This document shows positions 18,577-26,629 of a DNA stretch of 47,872 nucleotides, one piece after another. Position numbers and translations under genes: made by a program. Within the stretch, counting starts at the first letter, position 1. Each line of letters begins with the position of its first letter. The DNA comes from an uncultured Candidatus Saccharibacteria bacterium (GTDB lineage: Bacteria; Patescibacteriota; Minisyncoccia; Phycocordibacterales; SBAW01), in contig CAYRYM010000001.1 in assembly GCA_964428705.1 (NCBI GenBank), positions 1 through 47,872 of the forward strand. Direction: 5' to 3'. Below the pieces are notes generated by a model that had not been told where the DNA came from, searched no databases, and worked only from the letters and a program-made list of their open reading frames with translations.

Positions 18577-19446
18577 TTATTTTTTGCGCAACACTCGCGT
18601 GCCGTGCACGCCCTCCAGCAGGTCGAGGTCTTTGCCTGAGTCTAGCAACAGCTCGATGTTCTTGCCAATCAGGCCTTGCATAAGTTTTACTCCGGCCTTG
18701 TTCCCTACCTTGCTTTCATAAAAGTCGGCAAGGGCTGCGATGTCCTTGATAAAGCATACCCCGCCCGCGCCGCGGCCTCTCTTAGCCCCCTTGTGGCCGC
18801 TGTCGTGGAGCACCGCCAAGTGCGACGGCCCGATGCGAGGGTCGGCCGCCACGGCCTCGCGCAACACCTCGTAGTCAGCGCCTATCGCATCGGCTACCTC
18901 GTACATCAGGTTGGCGTAGAGCACTTTCATGTACAAAAAGAAGTTGCCCGCGTACTTAATAAGCTCTGCCTCGGCTATGGGGCAGATTAGCTCGTAGGGC
19001 GCGCGGGGGAGTACCTTCATCACCTGTTTGGCCTTAGCGCGTGCGGCTGGCGTCTGCTTAACGGTACCGATGATGTTGCGCAGGGGACGCGCGGCGTCCT
19101 CCGCGGCCTGCTTGAGTACTAAAAACTCCGGCGAGTGCATCACAAAGAGCTTAGGGAACTTCTTTTGCAGTTTGGCCGTCGTGCCCGGCAGTACGGTCGA
19201 CTTTATAACCGCCGCACTCCCCGCCCCAACGAGCTTTAAGGCCGACTCGACCACAGAGTAGTCAAACCCTTTGGGTGTGGTTGGGGTTGGTACCGCGATA
19301 AACACAATGCCGCAGGATGCGATCTTGTCCTTATTGGCGCGGTACGGTTCCTCGAGCGCGTAGCGCACCACCGTGTGGCCGCGCCGCTCCATATCATCGG
19401 CGTAGCTTTTGCCGATGAATCCTTGCCCTATAAATCCTATGGTCAT
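18577..19446 (-). CDS. short UDP-glucose/GDP-mannose dehydrogenase-family protein (NAD-binding + central domain only)
   Basis: MTIGFIGQGFIGKSYADDM (Rossmann), IVFIAVPTPT, VIKSTVLPGTT. Only 289 aa, so the usual C-terminal UDP-binding domain seems absent. Confidence 0.6.
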   Translation of the reverse strand: MTIGFIGQGFIGKSYADDMERRGHTVVRYALEEPYRANKDKIASCGIVFIAVPTPTTPKGFDYSVVESALKLVGAGSAAVIKSTVLPGTTAKLQKKFPKLFVMHSPEFLVLKQAAEDAARPLRNIIGTVKQTPAARAKAKQVMKVLPRAPYELICPIAEAELIKYAGNFFLYMKVLYANLMYEVADAIGADYEVLREAVAADPRIGPSHLAVLHDSGHKGAKRGRGAGGVCFIKDIAALADFYESKVGNKAGVKLMQGLIGKNIELLLDSGKDLDLLEGVHGTRVLRKK

Positions 19447-19453
19447 CTTGATA

Positions 19454-20410
19454 TCAATTTAAAGTCTCTCTCCATCGGCGCGCCCACTCGTCCCTGCCCG
19501 GCAGAGCAAAGCGCAGGCGTCCGCGCGCACCCGCGCGCAGTGTATCAATCACGGCCCGTGCAAGTTCCGGACGGGCCACCACGGTGGCGCCCGCCTCGCG
19601 TGCCACGCCCACATCGGGCGAGACCACGGCGCAGTCCGCATACAGCGCCTCGACTATCGCGGCGCCCCAGCTCTCCTGCGTCGACGTTACCAAAAGGCAG
19701 TCTACCGCCTTGTACAGGGAAAGAACATCAGTGCGATAGCCTGCAAATACAACCTTGTTGGCCAGCCCGAGGTCACGAGAGAGCGCCTCAAGCATCGGCC
19801 GCTCTGAGCCCTCGCCTGCGACAATAAGCCCCGCACCGGGGAACTCGCGCGCCACCTCGGCAAACACGTGCAATGCCTCGGCACAGTTCTTTTCTGCCTC
19901 CAGCCGGCCGACAAACAGGACCGTCTTGCCAAATTGGGGGAACTCCTTTTTTATATCGGTCGCCGGCGCCCGGAGGATAACGTCTGTGTCCACAAACACG
20001 GGGAGCACGTCTACAAACACACGCACCCCCAGCGCCTCGGCCTGCGAGCGCACAGTGTCTGAGACGGCGCGCACAGCATCGGCATGCCACAGCACAATCT
20101 GCACAATCGCGCGCGAGAAGCCCGACAGGTAGCGCAGGTCGCCGTGCAGCTGCACCTGGAGCCGGCAGCCGCCTAGGCGCGCCGCGACAAGCCCCAAAAG
20201 CCCGCGCCACAGCGGATCCTGCGCCGTCACTACATCAAAGCGGCGCGTGAGCGCCCGGCCCAAGATAGAGAAGAGGGCCAGCGGCCGGCTCGGGCCCCAA
20301 AGTACTGCAACCAGCTCGTCTACCTGTGCCTGCTGCAGCGCAAAGCGCTCATGAGCCTCGGTGTGGGGCTCAAATATGCGCTTATCGCCGGTTATCATGA
20401 GTACCTTCAT
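19454..20410 (-). CDS. GT4 family glycosyltransferase
   Basis: VTSTQESWGAAIVEALYADCAVVSPDVGVAREAG (EX7E-like). ATGA overlap with the upstream gene. Confidence 0.75.
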   Translation of the reverse strand: MKVLMITGDKRIFEPHTEAHERFALQQAQVDELVAVLWGPSRPLALFSILGRALTRRFDVVTAQDPLWRGLLGLVAARLGGCRLQVQLHGDLRYLSGFSRAIVQIVLWHADAVRAVSDTVRSQAEALGVRVFVDVLPVFVDTDVILRAPATDIKKEFPQFGKTVLFVGRLEAEKNCAEALHVFAEVAREFPGAGLIVAGEGSERPMLEALSRDLGLANKVVFAGYRTDVLSLYKAVDCLLVTSTQESWGAAIVEALYADCAVVSPDVGVAREAGATVVARPELARAVIDTLRAGARGRLRFALPGRDEWARRWRETLN

Positions 20411-21402
20411 AGCTTGGCTACATCAAGTATCTCATCCGCAATATCCTTCCATGTGCGCACGTAGGAAAACTCTTTTATGCGCTTTACATACGCCCGATAC
20501 TTCTCATCGTCCAAGAGCTCCTCAATAGCACCTTGCATTGCGCGCTGGTCGAGCGTGTCCACAAATAAGCCCAGCCCCTGCAGACGCTCGTGCATGCCGC
20601 TGTCCAAGGGCGCGATAAACGGCTTGTTGTAGGAGAGCGCCTCGATAATGCTGTTGGAGTTAACCTCGCTTACCGACGGCACCGCAAACGCATAGGCCGT
20701 CTGCACACGCGCCGCGTGCTCGCGCGGGGGCAGGGCGCGGGTGTCGAGCGAGGCGCGACCCTCTGCCGCTTGTGCAAACGCCTGCGCAAAGGCCGGAATG
20801 TTTTTATACGTGATGCCGCGGCCGGCGGCGACAAATATCTTTTGGCCGAGAGGGGAGTCGGCTGCAGGTTTTTTGGGCGGGTACTCGTTTTCAAGCACGC
20901 GGGCCGGAGTTGTAAAGCCAAAAGCCTTCTGCCATATATCCATCTGCCACGCCGTATTAAACAAGAGTACGTCGGCGCGGCGCAACAAAGCTTTGGTCGC
21001 CCGTTGCACCATACGCTCTTTCATAGATAGCTTGCGCGGCTTGGTATAAAACTCGGACAGGCGCACCATGTCGCCCGTGCGCTCAATGTACGCCTCCCAG
21101 ACAAAGTCGCCGCCTACGCGCACCAGCAGCTTGCGGCGCAGAAGTTTGGCCGCGACAAGCGCGGGGAAGCCCACACTCCAAGTGTCCAGGGCAAGTATCG
21201 CGTCGGCGCGCATGGCTTTAGGCAAAAGCCTTACAAAGTAAACAAAGTGGCGTATCCCCCACGGCAACATTCGCTCGAGCCCCGACCAAGCGCACAGTAA
21301 AACCGGCCCGCGCCGGCCCAGCTCCTCATAAAGTTTTTGGGCATACTTGGCCGGACCGCCGACCTGGGGAGGGTAGATACCTGTGGCGATAAGGATGATC
21401 AT
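20407..21402 (-). CDS. GT-B fold glycosyltransferase-like protein, first gene of the long minus-strand operon
   Basis: MIILIATGIYPPQVGGPAKYAQKLYEEL is a GT4-type N-terminus. 331 aa. Preceded by a 393-bp intergenic region. Confidence 0.65.
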   Translation of the reverse strand: MIILIATGIYPPQVGGPAKYAQKLYEELGRRGPVLLCAWSGLERMLPWGIRHFVYFVRLLPKAMRADAILALDTWSVGFPALVAAKLLRRKLLVRVGGDFVWEAYIERTGDMVRLSEFYTKPRKLSMKERMVQRATKALLRRADVLLFNTAWQMDIWQKAFGFTTPARVLENEYPPKKPAADSPLGQKIFVAAGRGITYKNIPAFAQAFAQAAEGRASLDTRALPPREHAARVQTAYAFAVPSVSEVNSNSIIEALSYNKPFIAPLDSGMHERLQGLGLFVDTLDQRAMQGAIEELLDDEKYRAYVKRIKEFSYVRTWKDIADEILDVAKL

Positions 21403-21429
21403 TGTGGTGGTGGCCCTCAGCTTAGCCTA

Positions 21430-21435
21430 ATTGTA
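21430..21435 (-). promoter_or_regulatory. candidate -10 box TACAAT for the glycan operon
   Basis: The minus strand reads CTTGTACAATTAGG, 27 nt upstream of ATG 21402. No convincing -35 box seen. Confidence 0.3.
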
Positions 21436-21445
21436 CAAGAAGGGA

Positions 21446-21545
21446 AGTCGGGTGGGGGAATTTTGTCTAATTAAAAGCGGGGGAGTCAGGTGGGCGTGAG
21501 GTAGCGGATGCGACGAATGCTGTGCAAAAAGTCCAGGTGGGGGCG
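21446..21545 (+). repeat. three direct copies of AGTCnGGTGGG(G/C)G in an intergenic region
   Basis: AGTCGGGTGGGGG at 21446-21458, AGTCAGGTGGGCG at 21484-21496 and AGTCCAGGTGGGGGCG at 21530-21545, all read directly from the sequence. Confidence 0.6.
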
Positions 21546-21546
21546 G

Positions 21547-21583
21547 CCAAAGCGCGGGGCGCTTTGGGGCTAAGGCTTTTTTT
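21547..21583 (+). other. orphan hairpin plus T-run (terminator-like, no upstream gene)
   Basis: CCAAAGCGC-GGG-GCGCTTTGG (9-bp perfect stem, 21547-21567), then GGCTAAGGC and TTTTTTT (21577-21583). No ORF ends here on either strand. Confidence 0.4.
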
Positions 21584-21780
21584 AACAGCATTATAGCAGC
21601 AGCAAGGGCATGTGAACCAGAAGAGCGAATATGAAGAAGCACGGGATACGTCGGAATATCTCGGTCTTGCGAGACAACTCCCCTAGCCTTGTCAAAAGTT
21701 ATCCACACCTCGACTTTGCTCGGTGCAGGCACCCCTTGTCAGCTACAACTTGTCGTGCTCCAACGAAGTTACACAAATGC

Positions 21781-21786
21781 TAGACT
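21781..21786 (+). promoter_or_regulatory. candidate -10 box TAGACT inside the shared 12-mer GCTAGACTAACC
   Basis: The 12-mer at 21779-21790 is identical to the one at 39065-39076. The box ends 9 nt before ATG 21796. Confidence 0.35.
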
Positions 21787-21795
21787 AACCATGCC

Positions 21796-22344
21796 ATGAA
21801 CGTCACTTTAGCCACGCCATTGTATCCGCCCGACGTAGAGTGGCCCGCGCCTTATATAAAGGAGCTTGCCCGGCGGCTTTCCCCTGCCCACTCGGTCACC
21901 ATTGTGACCTATGGCGAGATACCCGAGAAAGTGGACGGCGTGAGCATTGTGGCAATCAGCAAGCGCCAGCCGCGTGCCGCGCGGCTTATGGGCTACACAC
22001 GGGCTCTGTGGCGCGCGGCGCGCCGGGCCGACGTTATATATGCCGAGAACGGCGCATCGGTCGAGCTGCCGCTTGTTGTTGTGAGCTTTCTGACGCGCAA
22101 GCCGATACTTATGCACCTGGGCGACCAGCGCGCGCATGCAAAAGCCGCTGGCAGTGTGGCGCTTAAAAACATAGAGAAAGCCGCACTCGTGAGTGCCAAA
22201 AAAGTCGTGACCGACTCCCCCCTTGAGCGTCCCGAGATTTTGCCTTTTGCCGACTACCCTATCAATGAGTTTGCCGCGTACGAGGCCTCGTGGATAAGAC
22301 ACACCGAGATGCTCGAAGACCTTTTTATCTATGCCAAACAATAA
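21796..22344 (+). CDS. glycosyltransferase N-terminal-domain-only protein
   Basis: MNVTLATPLYPPDVEWPAPYIKELARRL parallels the N-terminus of the divergent gene 20407..21402 (IATGIYPPQVGGPAKYAQKLYEEL). Only 182 aa, with no EX7E-type C-terminal domain. Confidence 0.5.
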   Translation: MNVTLATPLYPPDVEWPAPYIKELARRLSPAHSVTIVTYGEIPEKVDGVSIVAISKRQPRAARLMGYTRALWRAARRADVIYAENGASVELPLVVVSFLTRKPILMHLGDQRAHAKAAGSVALKNIEKAALVSAKKVVTDSPLERPEILPFADYPINEFAAYEASWIRHTEMLEDLFIYAKQ

Positions 22345-23368
22345 AGAAGAGCTGGCCAAAGTAACACCCATACTCGAGGCAATGGGCTATACGCTCGACG
22401 CCGTGCAGCCGCACATCGCCGGCGAGCGTGCACTAACGGGCCCCATAGGCGGCGGGCACAAGCTCCTGCTCTTAGGCCACAACGCCGAGGGCACACGCGT
22501 GGTGATAAAGATAAGCAATGACAAAAAAGCTATAGCCGAGATGCAGCACGAGCGCGTGTGCCGCGACCTGCTGGAGGAGATCCGCTTTGCAACGGAGGTG
22601 TTCCACTCGCCGCGCGAGCTGGCGGTTGAGAAACACGGCGACTACACCATTTTGGTGACCGAGTTTGTCGCACAGGACAAGGCGTTTCTCGAGCGTTCTG
22701 CGGAGGAGCAATTTGCCTTAGCACTTAAGGCCTTTAAGGCGCAGGAGGGCGCGCACGCCACCACCTACGAGCATGCCCGCGCTATCGTAAACACTTTTGG
22801 CGAGATGCGTGCCTCCGATTACATTGAGAAACTGAATAGGTACGCGCGAGAAACCTCCGGGATCGAGCGGGCTGTGGCATTTGCAGAGGAGAATAAAGAT
22901 ACGCTCGAGCAGTACTGCGGCTTTTTAACCCATTGGGACTTTACGCCGCAAAACATCCGCGTGCACCAAGGCGAGATTTATCTCCTGGATCACTCGTCAC
23001 TGCGCTTTGGCAACAAGTACGAGGGCTGGGCGCGGTTTATAAACTTTATGGAGCTGTACAACCCCGCGCTGGCAAGCGCCTTGGTGCAGTATGTCAATGA
23101 CAACAGAGCGCCCGAGGAGTCGGTGGCACTTAAATGTATGCGCGTGTACCGCCTTGCCGAGCTGGTGCGCTACTACAGTGGCTGGCTGCCGCGTACCGAG
23201 GGCAACTTGCACGAGCTGGCGCAGGCCCGCATAAACTTTTGGAAAAATATACTACAGGTCGTGCTTGATGATAAAGATGTCTCCCCCGCCCTTGTCGAGG
23301 ACTACAAAAAAACCCGCGACTGTTTAAGAAGCGAGGAGGAAAAACAGCGCCAGGAGGGCCTACATTAG
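22331..23368 (+). CDS. aminoglycoside/choline-kinase-like phosphotransferase (APH fold)
   Basis: VVIKIS (catalytic Lys region), HWDFTPQNIRV (HxDxxxxN) and YLLDHSSLRFGN (metal-binding Asp). The start overlaps the upstream gene by 14 nt. Confidence 0.7.
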   Translation: MPNNKEELAKVTPILEAMGYTLDAVQPHIAGERALTGPIGGGHKLLLLGHNAEGTRVVIKISNDKKAIAEMQHERVCRDLLEEIRFATEVFHSPRELAVEKHGDYTILVTEFVAQDKAFLERSAEEQFALALKAFKAQEGAHATTYEHARAIVNTFGEMRASDYIEKLNRYARETSGIERAVAFAEENKDTLEQYCGFLTHWDFTPQNIRVHQGEIYLLDHSSLRFGNKYEGWARFINFMELYNPALASALVQYVNDNRAPEESVALKCMRVYRLAELVRYYSGWLPRTEGNLHELAQARINFWKNILQVVLDDKDVSPALVEDYKKTRDCLRSEEEKQRQEGLH

Positions 23369-23408
23369 AAACTCCCGGCACAGGGCCGGGAGTATGTCTT
23401 TATCAGCA

Positions 23409-23888
23409 TTACGCACAGAGAGTTTCAAACATTACGCCCGCATGCTTGGCGATAGCGCCCTCGGTAAGCGACTTGGTCCACTGGTCAAAAGCCTCGTCGG
23501 CGCGGTACCAGTCGGACTCCTTGTCACCATCCCGGAGCTTTGTCACCTGATACTTGAGAGTATCAATGACGGCGTGAGCCGGGAGGTAGACGTTATGCTC
23601 TACTCCCGGCTTGGATGTAACCGTTTCTCCGGGGCGATAGACCTTCAAGGCATGGAGAGGCTCTGCTCGGTCAACAAGCACCATCCACCTGGCCACCACC
23701 ACGAAGAACTCGGCCGTGTGCTTATGGAAGTGCGAGTTTTGCCAACCGCCTTCCCTCCCGGCGATAGTCCTAATGTAGGACGTCCCGCCGGGCATCACTG
23801 CCCGCACACGCTCCTCGTCGTTGTCCATGATGCGCCGGTCGACAACCATTTCATCGTCTTTCAACAGCACGCCAGTCGGCTTTGTCAT
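23409..23888 (-). CDS. cupin-domain protein
   Basis: GGWQNSHFHKHTAEFFVVV...PGVEHNVY is a cupin metal-site pattern. First ATG at 23888 (the listed start 23909 is TTG). Confidence 0.5.
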   Translation of the reverse strand: MTKPTGVLLKDDEMVVDRRIMDNDEERVRAVMPGGTSYIRTIAGREGGWQNSHFHKHTAEFFVVVARWMVLVDRAEPLHALKVYRPGETVTSKPGVEHNVYLPAHAVIDTLKYQVTKLRDGDKESDWYRADEAFDQWTKSLTEGAIAKHAGVMFETLCA

Positions 23889-24055
23889 GTCCTTCTCCTG
23901 TTGGAACAAAAATCAGGCACCCATGTGCCTGCCTTAACCTCGTTTCATTATATCACAGAATACTCCTAATTGCAAATGGCCCTGTAACCTATTTTATCCT
24001 ATAGGATCAAATAAGTTACGCGGCGTCCACCTAGCTACTAACTTAGTAACTAGGG

Positions 24056-24601
24056 CTAATACTCGAGGTTTTTTAGTTTCTCGACCAACACCGCATATTC
24101 CTTAACCAGCGGGTGATGCCACGACTCTCTGAGCATCTTAAGCATCTCCTCCTCAAACCAGAGCTTCTTGTCGCGGCTGCGGTTAAAGTGCGACCACATG
24201 GTTTTGCCTTCTTTTTGGTAGCCCATAAGCAGACTCTCGGCATTGTGTATCTTGTCGGCAACAGATATTGCCTTGGCGCCATCTGAGCCCGCGCGCACAG
24301 CCTCGACGTATTTTATGCGTTGGTCCTCCCACGAGAGAGTTTTGTCGTAGCTGACCGTCTGCACAAGCCCTAACACCTCTTGGCCCAACTCCTCACGCAT
24401 CTCGTCTGCGGTTACAGGAGTATCCTCGAGCACGTCGTGCACGAGCGCGGCCGCAATAACGGCCTCGGCAAAGCCGTGCCGCGCAAGCATGAGAGAGACC
24501 GCCACCGGGTGGATGATGTAGGGCGGGCCGTCCTTGCGCATCTGGCCCTCGTGCGCTGATGTGGCCATGCGTATGGCTTTCTCTATTAAAGTCGCTTCCA
24601 T
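24056..24601 (-). CDS. HD-domain (p)ppGpp hydrolase-like protein (small alarmone hydrolase type)
   Basis: AHEGQMRKDGPPYIIHPVAVSLML...AALVHDVLEDTPVT matches the RelA/SpoT hydrolase HD signature. 181 aa with no synthetase domain. Confidence 0.8.
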   Translation of the reverse strand: MEATLIEKAIRMATSAHEGQMRKDGPPYIIHPVAVSLMLARHGFAEAVIAAALVHDVLEDTPVTADEMREELGQEVLGLVQTVSYDKTLSWEDQRIKYVEAVRAGSDGAKAISVADKIHNAESLLMGYQKEGKTMWSHFNRSRDKKLWFEEEMLKMLRESWHHPLVKEYAVLVEKLKNLEY

Positions 24602-25749
24602 TACTTGTCTACTATACGCGCAAAGACTTTCTCGCGCATCTGTACCGCTATCTTGTCCCAGTCGTACTCAGCCTCAACCAGTGCGCGGCCACGCTCCGAT
24701 ATTTCCTGTGCCTTTTGCGGGTTTGCCAATACTTCCTTAACTTTATCTGCAAGCGCTTGCGGGTCATCCACCGGCACTATCCAAGCAGTTTCACCATCGC
24801 GGGCGTAGTCGGCAATGCCCCCTACCCCGGTTGTAATAAGCGGCAGGCGCGACGCAAGCGCCGATATAAATGCGTTGCCCAAGCCCTCGGAGCGGCTGTT
24901 GGCTACAAAAATGTCGGAGGCCCGGCGGTACGCCGTAACCTCGTCGCGCGTTACTTGGCCCGCAAACATGACCCTATCCCCTACCCCAAGCTCTTTCACC
25001 AACTCCTTGAGCATAGCCTCGTCTTGGCCGCCGCCCACTATTAAAAATTTTATGTTGCTCGACAAAAGCGGCAGCGCGCGTATGACTATGTCCTGCGCCT
25101 TTTGATGCTCGAGCCTCGAGGTGTTTACCAGCCACACATCGCCATCCTGTTTGCCCCACTTGCGCTTTATATCCTCGACCATCGCCGGGTCAAAGCTCTC
25201 CTTAAGGTCCTTGGGGTTGGCGCCGTTGCGTATGAGCTCTATGGGTGCGCTAGAGCCGCGCCGCGGCGGCCATGTGGAGAGATACTCCGAGATAGACTGT
25301 ATAACCTCCGCGGTGCGAAAGCCCTTACTGATAAGCGGCAAAAACGGCCTGATGCGCAGGCGGCCAAACACCTTATCGTACGAGTCGCCGTCCTGGAGCG
25401 TAAGTATGTGCGGAACGCGCATGCCAAGCATGCCGGCGAGCATGGTCGGAAAGAGCATGTAGGTCATCATGGCCCACACCCCGTCAAAGCGCTGCGCCTT
25501 GTAAAGCGAGCGCGCCTTGAGCGCGGCAAGCAGCGGAAAAAGGACCTTGCCCATATACGAGCCGCCGCCTACGCGGTAGACCATGACGTTGCCTATTTTT
25601 TCCTCTTTTGTGTCGTCGGCGGTAAACCGCAACGTGACCATCAAAAACTCTACGTCTTGGATGCGGTCGGTTATTTCTTTAATGGCGCCCTCGGCCCCCG
25701 ACACGTTGCGCGGATAGTACGAGAGCGAGAATATTAAAATCTTTTTCAT
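24601..25749 (-). CDS. GT4 family glycosyltransferase
   Basis: MKKILIFSLSYYPRNVSGAEG at the N-terminus. ANSRSEGLGNAFISALASRLPLITTGVGGIADY is the EX7E region. TAATG overlap with the HD gene. Confidence 0.8.
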   Translation of the reverse strand: MKKILIFSLSYYPRNVSGAEGAIKEITDRIQDVEFLMVTLRFTADDTKEEKIGNVMVYRVGGGSYMGKVLFPLLAALKARSLYKAQRFDGVWAMMTYMLFPTMLAGMLGMRVPHILTLQDGDSYDKVFGRLRIRPFLPLISKGFRTAEVIQSISEYLSTWPPRRGSSAPIELIRNGANPKDLKESFDPAMVEDIKRKWGKQDGDVWLVNTSRLEHQKAQDIVIRALPLLSSNIKFLIVGGGQDEAMLKELVKELGVGDRVMFAGQVTRDEVTAYRRASDIFVANSRSEGLGNAFISALASRLPLITTGVGGIADYARDGETAWIVPVDDPQALADKVKEVLANPQKAQEISERGRALVEAEYDWDKIAVQMREKVFARIVDK

Positions 25750-26603
25750 GCCTTGTTCTTCTTTATCTCCTCTATATATGCCTTAAGCGTATGCTTCTGC
25801 TGCCAGCCGAGCGCCTCTAGCTTGCTTGTGTCCATGGCGCCGGAAGAGCGCGAGCTCTTTGTGGCCGGCAGGTGCACTACCTCGCCTCCAAACATATGCG
25901 CCACATCAAGCAATGAGTAGACCTCTTTGGCGCAGATAGGATACTCGTCATTACTCCCCTTCTCCCCCGCCAAGACAATACCATCTACCGTGTCGTCTAT
26001 GTGCGTAAATGCGCGCGTCTGCTCGCCTGTGCCACGCACCTCGTGCGGCTTGCCCGCCAAATAATTTTGTTTAAACGTCTCTATGACCGTGCCGTAGTTG
26101 TTGACCCCTGCGCGCTCGCCCGGCCCGTACACGTTATAAAAGTACGTAATGGCGAACGGCAGGCCGTACCAAGCGCCGTAATACGCAACAAGCTCCGAGT
26201 TGGCCGCCTTGCCCCAGGCATAGGGCGAGAGGTCGCGCGCCTCAAACTTGGTCGAGGAGCCCGCGTACACGAGCTTGCATCCCTTGGCGCGCCAAAACTC
26301 CAACACCGCAAGCGTTCCGGCCATGTTTTAATCAAACACAACGTCCGGCTCCTCGAGACTCTTGGCGATGCGAGAGTACTCGCCCAGGTGGTAAATAATG
26401 TCAGGAGTCTCAGGGACCAGCTTTGCAATGTCTTTGGTATGGCCCTCGCGGTACTCCACGCCGGCAACATGGTTGTCGCGCGAGCCCGTAAAGTAGTTGT
26501 CTAAGGAAATTACTTTGTGGCCGTCAGCAACAAGCCGCGCGCACAGGTGCGAGCCGATAAACCCGGCCCCGCCGGTCACGAGTATGAGTTGTTGTGCGGC
26601 CAT
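25746..26603 (-). pseudogene. extended-SDR NAD-dependent epimerase/decarboxylase (UXS-like) split by one in-frame TAA
   Basis: ORFs 26328..26603 ([15 protein letters not shown]...EEPDVVFD*) and 25746..26324 (MAGTLAVLE...SPYAWGKAANSEL, YxxxK) are in the same frame. They are separated only by TAA (26328-26330) and AAC. Joined, they read ...VVFD*NMAGTLAVLE, which is the conserved N-x-x-GT-x-N-x-LE region of SDRs. Confidence 0.75.
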
Positions 26604-26629
26604 ATAGATACCCTACCCTACCTGATAGG

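Noticed and set aside
21427-21732. 101-aa minus-strand ORF in the long intergenic region
   Set aside because: The product is Pro/His/Leu-rich and atypical. The ORF covers the candidate promoter, the repeats and the hairpin, and has no SD or coupling to the next gene. I treat the region as non-coding, though this is not proven.
26328-26330. Alternative genetic code or stop-codon reassignment as the explanation for the in-frame TAA
   Set aside because: TAA, TAG and TGA all terminate well-supported genes in this window. Examples are TAA at 24601 and 36835, TGA in the four ATGA overlaps of the glycan island and at 41676, and TAG at 1223 and 3530. A nonsense mutation or sequencing error is more parsimonious.
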